From Penicillus capitatus (lineage: Eukaryota; Plantae; Chlorophyta), in assembly GCA_965649825.1 (NCBI GenBank), contig OZ287696.1:353101-417100 (forward strand): a DNA stretch of 64,000 nt, in the 5' to 3' direction. The notes under the pieces are model-generated. The model saw nothing but the letters and a program-made list of their open reading frames with translations, did no database searches and was not told the origin of the DNA. This document shows, one piece after another, positions 1 through 14,707 of this stretch (its first letter is position 1; each line of letters starts with the position of its first letter). The position numbers and the translations under genes are program-made.

Positions 1-1824
1 CCTAGTGGACGAGACAACCGACAACGTGACGTTGCAAATTGGAAGCGCTTCAAACGCGTCCAGCCACTCCTCAACCTCAACGACGGAGGGAGACGAAAAG
101 AGACTCCCCGAAGACTCTCCCGTGGAATCTGTCGATTTTAAACGCATCCACAGTGATGAGAGATGCGACATCGAGACCGAAAGCGAGGACCACAAGGACC
201 ACAAGGAGACAACGACAGCTCCCATCGTTCAGCAGGAAGAGACGCAACAACCTGCATTCCTGGAAGCTCTGTCGGCCACTTTGGCGCCGCAAAAAACGAA
301 TAAGGTACAATCGTGTCATTTTCGGATCGAGGCGCACGATGTCGGCACCGCAGGAGCTGATGGATATGACTCTGGAAGCGCACAAGCAGTTTGAGGAGGA
401 TAGGGCCAGGCATATTCAGCTGATCGAGGTTGTCATTTGTCCGAACAACCGTCCTAGTTTCTGATTTGACGTCTTCTTAGAGATTGGACGTGTGCTTAAG
501 CACTTTGCGCAGAGAGAAGAGGAGAATGCTGGAAATGCTTGTCGAAATGCGTTTCCGAGCGGAGAAACCGGCCGATCGAGGGATGCATTTCATGGAATAC
601 CAAGAACAGCTCCTCAGAAAAGTGGTCACTGGGAAGCAGCTCCTGCGCCGTCTCCAAAAGCACGTCGGGGAGATGGCCGACGAGAGAGACATGCATTTTC
701 GCGATGTCAACCATCAAGGTGCAGGAGGAGAGACACGAAGAGAGGAGAGCAAATCTGTCGTCTTTACAAAGAAGCCATTGCCCGAATGGCTCTCAGAGAA
801 TGTGCCTCCTGCATCCGTGAAACCCAGAAGGACATCCGCCAAGAGCCCAGCTGATTTGCATCCGCTCTGGGACATGGCATTGAAAGTAGAGAAGAGGAGG
901 GAAGGGAACGTCGCTGATTCGTTGTATCAAGTCCAGTGGGTGCCCAAGAAATCGAAGTCGGCATCAGGAACAGTACCTTCGGAGGGCGATCGCTCACCAT
1001 CACCCCTGAAGGCGAGAAGCTCTTGTCCTAAAAAGCCGCCAGCCGCTCCGCGTCCTGCCTCTCTGTTTTCGACCCAAACGCCACCAGTATTGAAAGGAGA
1101 GAAACAACAGGCATCTACAGAAACGCGAGAAGCCGATGCACGGAAGGTGCTGCAGGAAATGTCAAAGATGGGATTCGAATCGACCGCACAAAAGAGCGCT
1201 TCGAGTGCTCCTGTCGCTCGAAAGGAGACCTCCGTTCCGTCTACGGTATCCCAAACGGCAGAGAAAGTCAAAGAGCCAAAGCCAGATGCACCCGAAGTGC
1301 CCAGGACGAGGGGAGTCGGAGAAAGTCCTGCGTTTCAGACAGCTGTCTCTTCGGAGGCACCAAAGCCCTCAATGTTTGCGCCTCAATCAAGACCTGGACA
1401 TCACCCGTCTCTCTTTCAAGCGCCAATCCAGGCACAACAGGTGCAAGCATCCAGCATCGCAGGAGGCGCTGCCTTTGGACAGCCATCTGTCCCGCGTGCA
1501 AACATCGGCCTTAACAGTGTGGCACCTCAACTGGGATCTCTGTGCCCACCGAACATCAGTGCAAGTGATGGTGGCAGTTCCAGTCAAGGGGGATTCGGAA
1601 AGTTTGCCGCCATTGGCGGCGGTTTTTCGGCGTTCGCATCTCAAGGCAGCTTCCAAGGAGTCTGTGGACAACATTCTGGTGGCGGATTTGTCCAGCAGAG
1701 TGGATTTTCGACTAGCTTTGCACCGTCCTCCGGCACAGAATTCGCTAATGCTGCATCTATGACTTCTCTTTTCGGAATGCGACCTGCTCAAGACAGTAGC
1801 AAGATGTGGGAAATGCGTAAGTAG
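1..1824 (+). CDS. NUP214: Nucleoporin NUP214-like, C-terminal part (coiled coil plus FG-repeat tail); 5' end lies before the window
   Basis: Phase-0 GT-AG introns at 305-353 and 429-480 join ORFs 5..394, 39..464 and 484..1824. The tail is G/F/S-rich (AFGQP, GFGKF, GGGFSAF, GGGF, SLFG) and ends KMWEMRK, resembling the ..FTQMRK end of plant NUP214. Confidence 0.6.
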
Positions 1825-1987
1825 TGACCCTATCCCGTTTTTCAAACCATTTCTGTGAATTCCTCTCATTCGAAGGAAACCGACGACATTACATTGCCAG
1901 GATTTACTATCGTCCCTCAAAACGAAAAGGATCAGATCATTTCGATCAACAATGTCCCTCCGAATTTAACAGGCATTGGATCAGATT

Positions 1988-3860
1988 TCACCTCTTCCGG
2001 GCGACGACATCCTTGAATGCGGCAACGCTTTGAGCAATTTCCTTGGCAAAGTCAAAGGAAGACTCCACGCACTTTCCAAGAGCAACGCCACAAACATAGT
2101 TCCCTCCCAGAAGAATATTCTCGCAGCCATTACTGTCCAAAGCACCACGCACTGTGGCAAGTGCCTTCAGATGACCGAGATTAAATTGCGGAATAGCTTT
2201 CGGCCAGACACGAGTGCCGATGGTTTTTGGCTTGACGGCATCCGGTTTGATGAGAATCTTGCGCAGATCCTTGTCGACTTGCTCCGCCAAATCTTCTTCT
2301 GTCTGATTCACGATTCCACGATTCGTCGCCCCGCCGATGTAACTCAGCAAAAGTACTTCACCGGCAGGTGCTCGATTTGGAAAGATCACAGAGCTGTAGA
2401 TGGTGCCAAGTGTCACGATTCCCTAAAGCAGTAAAATCCACAGGTTATCTTGAGCTGCTGAGACAAAACCTGCGATCTCGGATGGAGCTGACCAAATCCG
2501 TAAAGCTCTCCTTCTTCATTCAACCGATCGTCTCGAAAGGCAGATATCGGATAGCTCAGAGTCACAGCGCCGACGGGTGGATAGTCAAATCCGTTCAAGA
2601 GCTCAGATGCTTCACCCTATCACCCTGTCATTGCTGAAAAGACTGTCCGCGACAGTTTGGCGCTTACAGAGAATTCTTGAAGCAGATTGGCGGCGACGTA
2701 AGAAGGCACTGTTAGAGCAATGCTCTTGGAAAGAACGGTTTTTGTCCCGTCGGGCGTGTCGTACTGCATTTCGAACATTCCGCTCTCCGTTTTGGAAATG
2801 TTCATCAGTTTCCATTCACACCTGATCCAACATTGGTCTGCCACAAAGGCACGGTTATCAGATCGATCAACTTGATGTGACTAGCAAGCTGTTGGGCGAT
2901 AGCTTCTGGCAATGTCTTCAACCCCTTACGAAAGGAACCCACCGTCTGGCTGGGTGGTTTTGCAGGAAGGCTGGGATCTCGAGGCGGTGGCGGATTCTTC
3001 CGTCTTTCATTAAAGAGCTTCAAAGAGCCACCAATGAGCGATCCTCCTGACTTCTCCAGTGCATGAATCTAAGAACAGTCCCTCCCGTGATCAAGGCAAA
3101 ACATCGCAGCATCAACTTTGCCGAAAGCAGCTTCCATGCTGAGCTTTGAAGGATCTCCAGCATAGACACCCGAACAGAAGGGCTCGATCAATCTCGCAAA
3201 CACCTCTTCGCCCAGATTTCGCCGTATGAATTCTTCGATTGTCTCTTCCTTCTCTACCAGCACAACATCTCGCATGACCTTGTTGTGTGACGTATGATGC
3301 TGCAAGCTGAGTACCAGGAAGTGGTGCTTTGATGCCAATGGCCCCCAGTCCAGCACGAATCTTCCCCCATGGGCTCAGCAGATCAAATGTCAGCGCATCC
3401 GGTCCTGAAGGCGTTTTTCGAAGTTTCTGATCCCAATACACAAATCTCGCTGCCTTGGGATCACCCAACACCAATTCCTGATCAACTCCAGCCATCACCT
3501 AGATCCTCACACTTTTCATACAACGCCAAAGTGTGACCGTTCGACCGTCATTTTAAACAAGGGATCCGAAGGGGTGAAACTGTTGGGACCGTCTTCCCAG
3601 ATATACCCCTCAGCGTTTGACTGTGTCGTAATATTGCCACCCACCCGACGACGCGCTTCCGTCAACAGCACGTTGGGAACAGCCGAACGGTAGTCTTCAG
3701 CCAACACCCGTGCTGTACAAAGTCCCGAGATGCCTCCCCCGACGATCACGGCATCGTAGCTCGTCTCTTGCACCGTCGCCCTTGGGATCCATCGCCTTCG
3801 ATGTCGAGGAATCGACAGTGCAGCAATGCTCGAATGGGTCTGCGTATTCAGCGAGAGCAT
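1988..3860 (-). CDS. PPOX: Protoporphyrinogen IX oxidase, plastid type, about 7 exons (alternative in-frame start at 3911)
   Basis: FAD-binding motif [79 protein letters not shown] and [16 protein letters not shown], preceded by an Arg/Ser-rich transit-peptide-like N-terminus. Confidence 0.95.
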
Positions 3861-3867
3861 CGTCCTT

Positions 3868-3885
3868 GTCGTCGTTGCGAGATGA
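3868..3885. promoter_or_regulatory. Candidate bidirectional-promoter motif GTCGTCGTTGCGAGATGA
   Basis: 15/18 identical to 10256-10273; both lie in about 50-nt spacers between divergent start codons. Function is inferred only. Confidence 0.45.
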
Positions 3886-3909
3886 CCAGATCCAGCTGAC
3901 GTGGCTTTC

Positions 3910-5102
3910 ATGCCTCAAGTCGTGTGCATTGCGCGCGTCGGATCTCGAGGACGTTTTTCGATCAAGGAACTGACCGACGCCTTTACATACTGCGTCCAAG
4001 TTGTGCGGTAGTTTCGCCAAACGCGCTATTAACAGTAACAAGACTGGACTGATCTCTAGGATACGCGATTTCGAGAATTATGTCTGGTGCACGCAGCTGC
4101 CTAAGGTCACGCACGACAAACTAAAGTGTGAGACATGTGTGATCTGTGTCTGAGATGTAGGAGATCCGACCTGGCATCTTTGCCCTTCGCGCTTTTCACG
4201 TGGAAACCGCCTCTGTGGTAGAGAGAGCGGGACGGGAACAGCTCTTCTCCCAAATGCGCTTTCAGTGGTGGATCGATGCCGTTTCCAACCTCTATAAAAA
4301 CCAGCCTCCTGCGAATCCCATCTTCAGAGCGCTCTTTCACCTCATCCAAGATAGAGATCTTACACGATATCGCTTACGGAAGATCGTGGAGACGCGACAG
4401 AGTGATGCATTGAGAGAGAAGCCGTTTGAAACAGTCTCGGATCTGGAAGCGTTTGCCGATGGCACGGCAGTACAGCTCATGCATCTACAAGTCTGAGAGG
4501 ATTCTTGAAATGAACACCATGATTGTTCTTTTCACAGCTAGAGGCGGCACGTGCGTGGTCAGATGATCATGCCGCACAGAAAGCGGCGGATTTTATTGGG
4601 CGTGCCGTGGCGCTGACAAACGTCCTCCGGGGAACGTCCCATCATGCTTCCAAAGGGATTCTCTACTTTCCCAGACAACTCATGGAGCAATATCAGGTCC
4701 AATGTCGATGAATCTCATCCGATCGCATGTCCTTTTTGGTGATGTGACAGGTGACAGACAAAATGGTTCTTTCGTGTCAATCCAATCCCGATGTGCAACG
4801 CGTTACAGAAGATCTGGCCAAACGCGCACTCCAGTACCTGACAGATGTATTGGGAGCCACCTACTGAAATTTCTCCTCTTTTGATCTTTGCGTTTCAGGC
4901 GCGTTCAGTGAGGAAGGAGATTCTGTCGTCTTCGGCTAAGGCAGTGCTTTTACCGGCTACTGTCGCTGAGAGCTATCTCAAGTCGCTGCGTCGTCATCGG
5001 TATGATCTATTCAGTCCTTCGCTGAAGAAGCATACCGAAGGTCTCATGCTGCCCAAGCTGCAGCTTCTCATCAAGTTCCGGTCCTTCTTGCGTCGTTACT
5101 AG
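3910..5102 (+). CDS. NDUFAF6: Complex I assembly factor 6 (squalene/phytoene synthase fold), multi-exon
   Basis: Spliced product (introns 4008-4059, 4106-4160) reads DAFTYCVQVVR-IRDFENYVWCTQLPK-EIRPGIFALRAFHVETA...MRFQWWIDAV...GRAVALTNVLRG...AVLLPATVAESYLKSLRR, matching the family pattern. Confidence 0.85.
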
Positions 5103-5267
5103 AAGGCAGGTGAAGGTGAAGGACAACAGCAGCTGTCACATCATCCACCTATTGGGAGACGTGACGTTGCGTGATGACGCGTGGACATCGTGGAAGTGTC
5201 GTAATCCGTGGCGTTTCCCATCGCTCTGTGCGACTTCGATGCGCGTGAGCCCGACTGCTACTACTGC

Positions 5268-7724
<2,457 letters not shown>

Positions 7725-8505
7725 GCAGGATCATGGTTGCTCACTGCCACCTAGCACTTGCTGGCCATAGCTATTCTTTTGCAAGAGGTCTCACTGTTGT
7801 TCTTCGATTCTCTTAGGGTTGGTTGATAGATTCATCTAACAACGTAGACACAAAAAAGGGGTGGACTCTTTTTAATGGGCGAGCCTCTTACTTAGCATGT
7901 CTGTCTGTACCTACTGTGCGTTTGACCTTTTTCTTACATGGTCTTCTCTGCCTGACTGACATCTATGCGTCCATCCATCTATCCATCCAATGGTCTCCCC
8001 GATTCTCTGACGATCTTCCTTCTTCCTGGATATCTTTTCTTTTTTGCTGATGGTGGCGGTGGAGGTGATGGCTATGAAATTTATTGAATCCTTGTAAGCT
8101 GCAGCGATTGGCAGTGTTCACGATAGCAAATTGCGAAAGTCCTGATAATATGTCCCAGCATCATGAATCAAGCTTTGTGGGTCAGAATGTTGTTGTCATT
8201 CACGAGATTGGATAGACAAATGGAGAGACGGATCGAGAACCAGTTTCCGTACCTGCTGGATGGATATGGGTTTGTGTGGCTGAAAGAACGTCCTTGAATG
8301 AAAATACGAGATTGTGCTGTCTTTTCACATTGCATCAAGCTAAAGAGAACTGCAACATATGTTCCGATGTGTGTCTTCGATCCCGGATTGTTGACCAAAC
8401 ACACAAATCACAATGTTTAATCCATTCTTGATTCAGACAACGATAACATCTGCCTTCCAAAAAGCATTCTGTGCTGCTGTCACATCAAACAGACAGACGA
8501 ACACA

Positions 8506-10240
8506 CTAATAGAGACCCAAAATCTTCCACCATATACTTCCCAGTCCTAACCACACGGTCAAGGTGAACACGCTCACGACAAAACCAAATTTTAGCCAAT
8601 CTCCCTGTGGAACGTAACCGGCACCAAAGAAAGGAGGTGCAGATCCAATGCCGTAAGTTGTTAGGCATCCCATAAGATTGGAGATCTGGCCCAGAGCGAT
8701 GGCCGCCATTTTCAGCGGCACGCCACAAGCCCCACAGACTGAAAGGAAAGCCGTGTACATGGCTCCAATATGGGCAGCTCCTGAAGCAAAGAAGTAATGT
8801 GTGTAGAAATAGATCACCGCTACGGAGAGGAAAGCCACTTGCCACGACAGACCCAATCCCCCAATCATGTCGACCACTTTGCCCGAAAACCACTTGATAA
8901 AGCCATATTTGTTAAGATAAGAAGCCATAGCAATGAGTGCAGCAAACCACGTGAGTGTGTCCCACGCTGCATTGTTGCTCAGGCATTCTTTCCAAGAAGT
9001 GACTCCAGTGACCAGTAAAATGGTGAGTCCCACAATGGCCGATGTCACGGAATTGATGCCGAAGCTGCCTCCGAAGATCCACAGACTCACAGTCAGGGCA
9101 AAAGCAACGGCCGTGACTTTTTCATTTGTCGTCATCGGTCCGAGTTTGTTCAGTTCCCTTTCTGCCTGTTTCGGAGCATCGGGTGTTTCTTTAATCTCGG
9201 GAGGGTACAGAGCGTAGAGCAAGAGTGGCACACTGATCAGACATACCAGTCCAGGCAACAGCCCAGCCATGGCCCATGTTCCCCAGGAGATCTGATAGTC
9301 GATGGCCTCCTTGGCAAGATTAACAGCAAGTGGATTGGCAGCCATAGCAGTGATGAACATGGCTGATGAGACGCAGCTTGTATGGAAACATGTTGCCATG
9401 ACATAAGCGCCCATCTTCTTCTGAGTCCCGTCCGATGGATCGCTTCCACATGCCTGGCACAATGCTCTTGCAAGAGGCAGAAAGATTCCCCCGGCTCTGG
9501 CGGCGACAGATGGGATGGTTGGGGACAAAAGTGCCTCGCCAAAGACGAGACTGTAGGTCAATCCCAGTGTCGTTTTACCAAAGGCTTTGACGATCATGTA
9601 AGCTAATCGCTGTCCTAGTCCAGACTTCTGAAATCCACCGGCCAACCAATAGGCAATGGCAATCAGCCACCTAGAATCAGCAGATGCTATCACCGCCGGC
9701 ATCGCCTGCGCAGAGACGGTACGGGATTTCGCTGGACAGTGCGGAAAAGGCAGCAGGAAACGTGAGGGTTTTGGTCAATGTTGCCACACCCAGTCCAATG
9801 ATGGCGACAGCTCCAAGTGGAAGAGGTGTGGTGACGATTCCCATGATCGTGCCCACGAAGATGGACAAGAGATGCCAGGCTTCTTTCGACACGCCTTCTG
9901 GACTTGGACAGAACCAGATGGCGACACCGGCGCCCACACAGATCGCCAATGTCTTCAGATCTGCACCCCACTGGATACCGGGATCCTTCCTGGGGACAAT
10001 CGAGGTGCTGCTCGCGGCACTGTGGCATACGACGGGGCAATGGGCATGCCCCGATCGACGCTGGATTTTGAGAGAGGGTGAAAAGGAAGGCAATCCGCGC
10101 CGGAGGACGACTGCTTTCGACGCGACCGTCGTTGCGGGGCGACGCGTCATGCGCGGCACGTCGCAATGACGACGGTGCGTGGCGACATGGCTGCCATGGA
10201 GCGATGCCTTTAGACAACAACGCGAGTTGAGCAGCAGCAT
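8506..10240 (-). CDS. DIT1: Plastid 2-oxoglutarate/malate translocator (DASS family, DiT1-like), 2 exons
   Basis: A 52-nt intron (9671-9722) joins ALSSEIP to WLIAIAYWLAGGF. Also AWHLLSIFVGTIMGIVTTPLPLGAV, SVAARAGGIF, SSAMFITAMAANPL, AWDTLTWFAALIAMA, HYFFASGAAHIGAM and YGIGSAP. Confidence 0.93.
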
Positions 10241-10255
10241 TTGGTTGGTATCTGG

Positions 10256-10273
10256 GACGACGATGCGAGATGA
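10256..10273. promoter_or_regulatory. Candidate bidirectional-promoter motif GACGACGATGCGAGATGA
   Basis: Second copy of the motif at 3868-3885, in the DiT1/PIG-T spacer. The core CGAGATGA also occurs inverted at 14642-14649 in the CNOT10/WASHC4 spacer. Confidence 0.45.
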
Positions 10274-10292
10274 ATCGACGTAACAGAATTCG

Positions 10293-12433
10293 ATGTCGAG
10301 AATCAGCTTCAAGATTCTATGGCTCTGGATTCTGCTCTACTTTTCTTTCCTCGATTCATCGCCGCTCGTTACTGATCTCTACCAGACGACATCGCTAACC
10401 GACGCGCTTATGTACTAGGAGACGTCATCCGAGGAGCTGCGCCTCAAAAGACTTCCGAATGGAGATCTGCTGGTATGGATGGAAATCTTGTGTAATAAAG
10501 TGAGAGAAGGGGTCTCCAGATGATGCTCTCACTGAAGCAGCAATCTATGGGAATGACGTATCCGCAACATTTCCCTTTAGCCATCGACATTGCTGCACAG
10601 CATCTCAACGTCGCCGAGTGGGAGATGACATTCGTACAAGGCCATTGGGTACTACTTACTCTTTTCCTGGCTATATTAAGAGCAGTCTCTTCCTTTGTCA
10701 GAATTTTGAGAAATGGGGAGATGCACCGATGATCATCCATCCCCATGGCGCTGTAAGATGTCTGAGCGGAATGCGAGCCGACAGGAGGTTTCTGTTTAGG
10801 AGCTGGTCGCCTGGATGGATGCTGATCTGCAAGAGAATGATGCTCTGCTTTTGTGGCAGAATCTAACGTCGTCCTTGAGTGGACTGTTCTGTGCTTCTCT
10901 GGAGGCCGTGAGGAAATCAGATCAAGTGATTCAGAGCGGGTCTGTTGGATTTTATGCTCGTTCATGCGATCACCACAGACAGCGCCTTCACGCTTTTTTG
11001 CCACAGGAGCCTGTCTGTGTGGAAAACCTCACTCCATGGCTCAACCTCACTCCATGCAAAGGCAAAATGGGATTGGCGTCGATCTTTCGCCCTCAGAGTG
11101 TGTTTCAAGGAGGTACGGTAAAAAAACTGATCTCCTTAACAGATGCATCTCTTGTGACTTGTGTTAGTCTTTCATCAGCTGCAAACTGGCATCAAGAAAC
11201 TGCCGTTGGGAGAAGAGAGCGTCAAGAATCCTGTGGAGTTGACGCAGGAGCTACATGTTGTCTTTCCATCTGTTGTGCTCGATTCTGCAGAATCGTTCCG
11301 TGCTGTACAAAACACATGGAGCTTTGCATCGTGTCCTGTGCTCGATGCTGCTCAGATACATATCGATCCGGCGCTCTCTTTGTGCATCAGAGACGCATTC
11401 AGTCAAGACAGAACAACGCAGATACCATCCTCCTCTCAGAACAATTCACAGCGTGAGCAGATTTGGGAATTGAATCCGTTTGGCGTCTATTCTCTGGAGT
11501 CGTTTGCACGTGATGGAGACGATTTGGAAAAGACCGAAGGAAACGTCGATGGTCGTTTCTTCGATGGCGAGGCGTTTTTGATCGACATCCGTGATGACAG
11601 TGGCACATTCGTTCTGCAACTGAGTCGCCATCATCTCCCTACGAACACACTTTTTGCCGATGATGTTTCGACCGTCTGTCTTCTACAGTCTTTCCCATGG
11701 GCGATCCGTGTATGGATGCACACGCTTCAAGTGTGGAAGGACAGTCATGTGCGACAGCATATTTTCAAGGCTGCCCGTCTATCCATCGCTTCTCTGTACT
11801 TTAGGAGCTGAAACTCACTTCGCAGGATGTGCATTTTGAATTTCAATCAGCAGAGGATCGCAAAACATCGACTGTGCTGCACCTGTGCTTCAATGTCGTC
11901 CGTCATGTGTCAACCCTATCCCTCACCGTCCGTTTCTCCAGAGCATTCTATCTGATAGAGGTTCTCTCTGCTCTCACACTAGCCCATTCCCAAGCATGGC
12001 TCCACAGGAACACCCTCCAGATGCATACAGAGGCGTAGACATTCCCCCTGCCATTGTGCATCATTACGCCGATGCACGTGAGAATGCATCTTGTGCCGTT
12101 CCTCTCCTGCAGGTTCCACTCTGTCATCAACTGATAACCGTTGCTCAGATGGTCTGATGACAGAGCTATGTTGGTGGATGTCTGGCGAGATTGCTCGTTC
12201 CAGATTTCAGTATGCCTTACAATGTATGCTGTCTGACATGCACTGTCCTAGCACTCTATTACGGAGTCATGCTTAAGCTGCTGACGACCACAGAGACAGA
12301 GCGAAGCACTGGGGCTGCTCCAACTCGAACGCGTGCCAAACTCCTCATCCTGCTCTCCTTATCTGTTTTTCTTTGTGTCTACTACCGAGACGCCATCTTT
12401 GATACGCTCTTGGATTCTGTGGGCAGTCATTGA
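10293..12433 (+). CDS. PIGT: GPI transamidase subunit PIG-T/Gpi16, multi-exon
   Basis: Signal peptide MSRISFKILWLWILLYFSFL, then an intron at 10368-10418 with a GCTAAC branch point. Followed by SEELRLKRLPNGDLL, WQNLTSSLSGLFCASL, LPQEPVCVENLTPW and C-terminal PDFSMPYNVCCLTCTVLALYYG. Confidence 0.88.
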
Positions 12434-14622
12434 CAATGACGAGAGCGGAGCATCTCGAGAGCAGCAGATCTGTTTCCTGCTGCAAGTTCGATGTAAATCA
12501 GCAACATAGATGACTACAACACACACCGCCCCCATATAAACCATCATTTGACGATTCCTGAAAGACGTCTTTACTTTCTTGCATCGTGGATCGATGAGAA
12601 GAGCTTTCTGAACCGAGCTCTTGGCATTTGCCAAGTCCATACTGGCACAGTACACCGATGCCAAATTCTGGTACATCAGTTTCTGAGCCATGGTCGTATC
12701 TGCACAAACAAACACATCAGAACCCTAACAGCGTGGCTGTCTACACAACGCATGGGATCTGTAAAGGCAGTGGGTCGCTGTGTCGAGAAGTCTGCTGCAG
12801 CAAAGGTCTCAACAAAGGCTCTCAATCGCTCTGTCGCTTCCTGAGATCGATCCAGGAGACACAACGCTTCTGCCTCATACATAGCAGCTGAGAGCGCCAT
12901 GTGGTTGTCTGCGATGGACAGCAGCCTGAGCTTCTCTACGAACATCAAGCAACGCTCTGGTTGATTGAGTGACAACGTCACAAAGGCCAGTTTGACATGG
13001 ACAGCAACCCGGAGTAGCTGCCGATCAGCACTCTCCATCGTCGGCGGTTCATGTTTGATCAAAGCCAAGGCATTCAGCAAATAACTGCGACTCGCCCGGA
13101 GCCATTTATCTGCGACAGATTCTTGACACAGCTGCTGCTAGAGTGAAGGCATCACCATGACAACTCGATTCCTCTTCTGGTTGCGACGCAGCTGTCGGCA
13201 GAACAATGACATGTGGCAATGCCTTGGTTGTGATTGCTGGGCGTTGGATATGAATATTGGCTTCGTCATGGGAAGATGTCAAGCGCGACAATGCTAGACA
13301 GCATTCCGCCATTCGAATCCAAAGACAAGGTTCGGAGAACATGGCTGTGGCAGACTGCCTGAATTGAGACAGGGCACGTTCATACGCTCCCTGACGGAGA
13401 GATACGAGTCCCGTGTTATAGAGTGTCCGTCGCTGGTTGTCTGAATGGATATTGGTATCCATCTGTAGCGCCTTGGAGAAACATAGACAGGCCACATTGA
13501 TATTTCCCAATCGGTAATGAACAGCTCCCAAGTTATTGAGCAATGCATTTCTCATTGGAGAACCATCTGGTGCCCGTATGCATCGATTGAGCCAGACAGC
13601 CGCTTCTTCAAATCTTCGTTGGATCAGTGCAATCTCTGTCCTCAAAAACAGCGCCGGTAGACATCCAGGTATCTTGTTCAACAGCTCTCTTAGCACCTCT
13701 ATGGCGGTTCTTTCGTTTCCCAAGGACAGCAATATCCTTGCACGATAAAATGCAGCCAGTGGTATGAGATCTTCTGTTTTGGAGAGATGATGCGCATCGA
13801 CGCCGTTGGCAGAGTGCGTGTCTGACGCTTTGAGATTCAGTTTGGAGATGCAAGGAAAGGAGAGGAAAGAGGTCTCCATACCGTCCCATTCCTCCAACGA
13901 TGGTGCTTCATCTGGAGCTTCTGCATTGCAGGAGGAGGATGATGATGCGACACTGGACTGTTCCCAGTCCATATCCACCTTCACTCTGGCTTCCGACGGC
14001 AACATACCATCCAGAAATTCAAGCGGCTTCCTGCATTTTGCTGGCTGTCGCTTCTGCAAGTACACTTCAAAACTCAGCAAACAAATCCCGGCAGCCAGTC
14101 CATCGTCCAAAGCATAGATCTTTTCAAGGAGCGGCTCCAGGAGAGACAGAATATCTTCCCACTTTTCTTGGTGGTACAGCACAACGGCCTGTAGATCTCT
14201 TTCGCAGACAGCCCATAGAAACAGTGCGCTCTTACTCTGTTGTACACCACGACAGGTGAGACCTCATGCTCATGCTCAGCTGATCGTTGTCGTTCAGAGC
14301 CATCCAAGACATTATCGGGTCTCTCCTGTCCACATGATCACATGGATGGACGATCTAGCCATATCCAATCAACTAACCACCCTACCTGCAGTTCCAACAA
14401 AGCCCTTGCCGTCTCTTCCAGGCTCTCAGCATTTTCCACTTGACAGTTGGCCACTGCAAAATTGTGCATCACCTAAGGCTCTCTTCAGTAACCCTCTCTT
14501 CTCAGTCCATTCTGCCGTATGCTGACCGTTGCATCGTGTGGAGATTGTTGCTTGAGTCGTTGCATTTCTTCCGCGCACTGAACCCGGTCGCCATTGCTCC
14601 AGTGCCGAAGGGCCGTTTCCAT
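12427..14622 (-). CDS. CNOT10: CCR4-NOT complex subunit 10 (TPR protein), multi-exon
   Basis: Spliced PHDAT-VMHNFAVAN, LLNNLGAVHYRLG..CFSKAL, LYNTGLVSLRQG..A..QF, PCLWIRMAECCL, and last exon SSMLLIYIELAAGNRSAALEMLR. Confidence 0.85.
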
Positions 14623-14707
14623 TTTTGCATGTACTGCCACATCATCTCGTCATGTCCCTTTCATTCGTTTCTTGTCCGAACCGCCTCCATTGACGCCGAC
14701 GACAACG

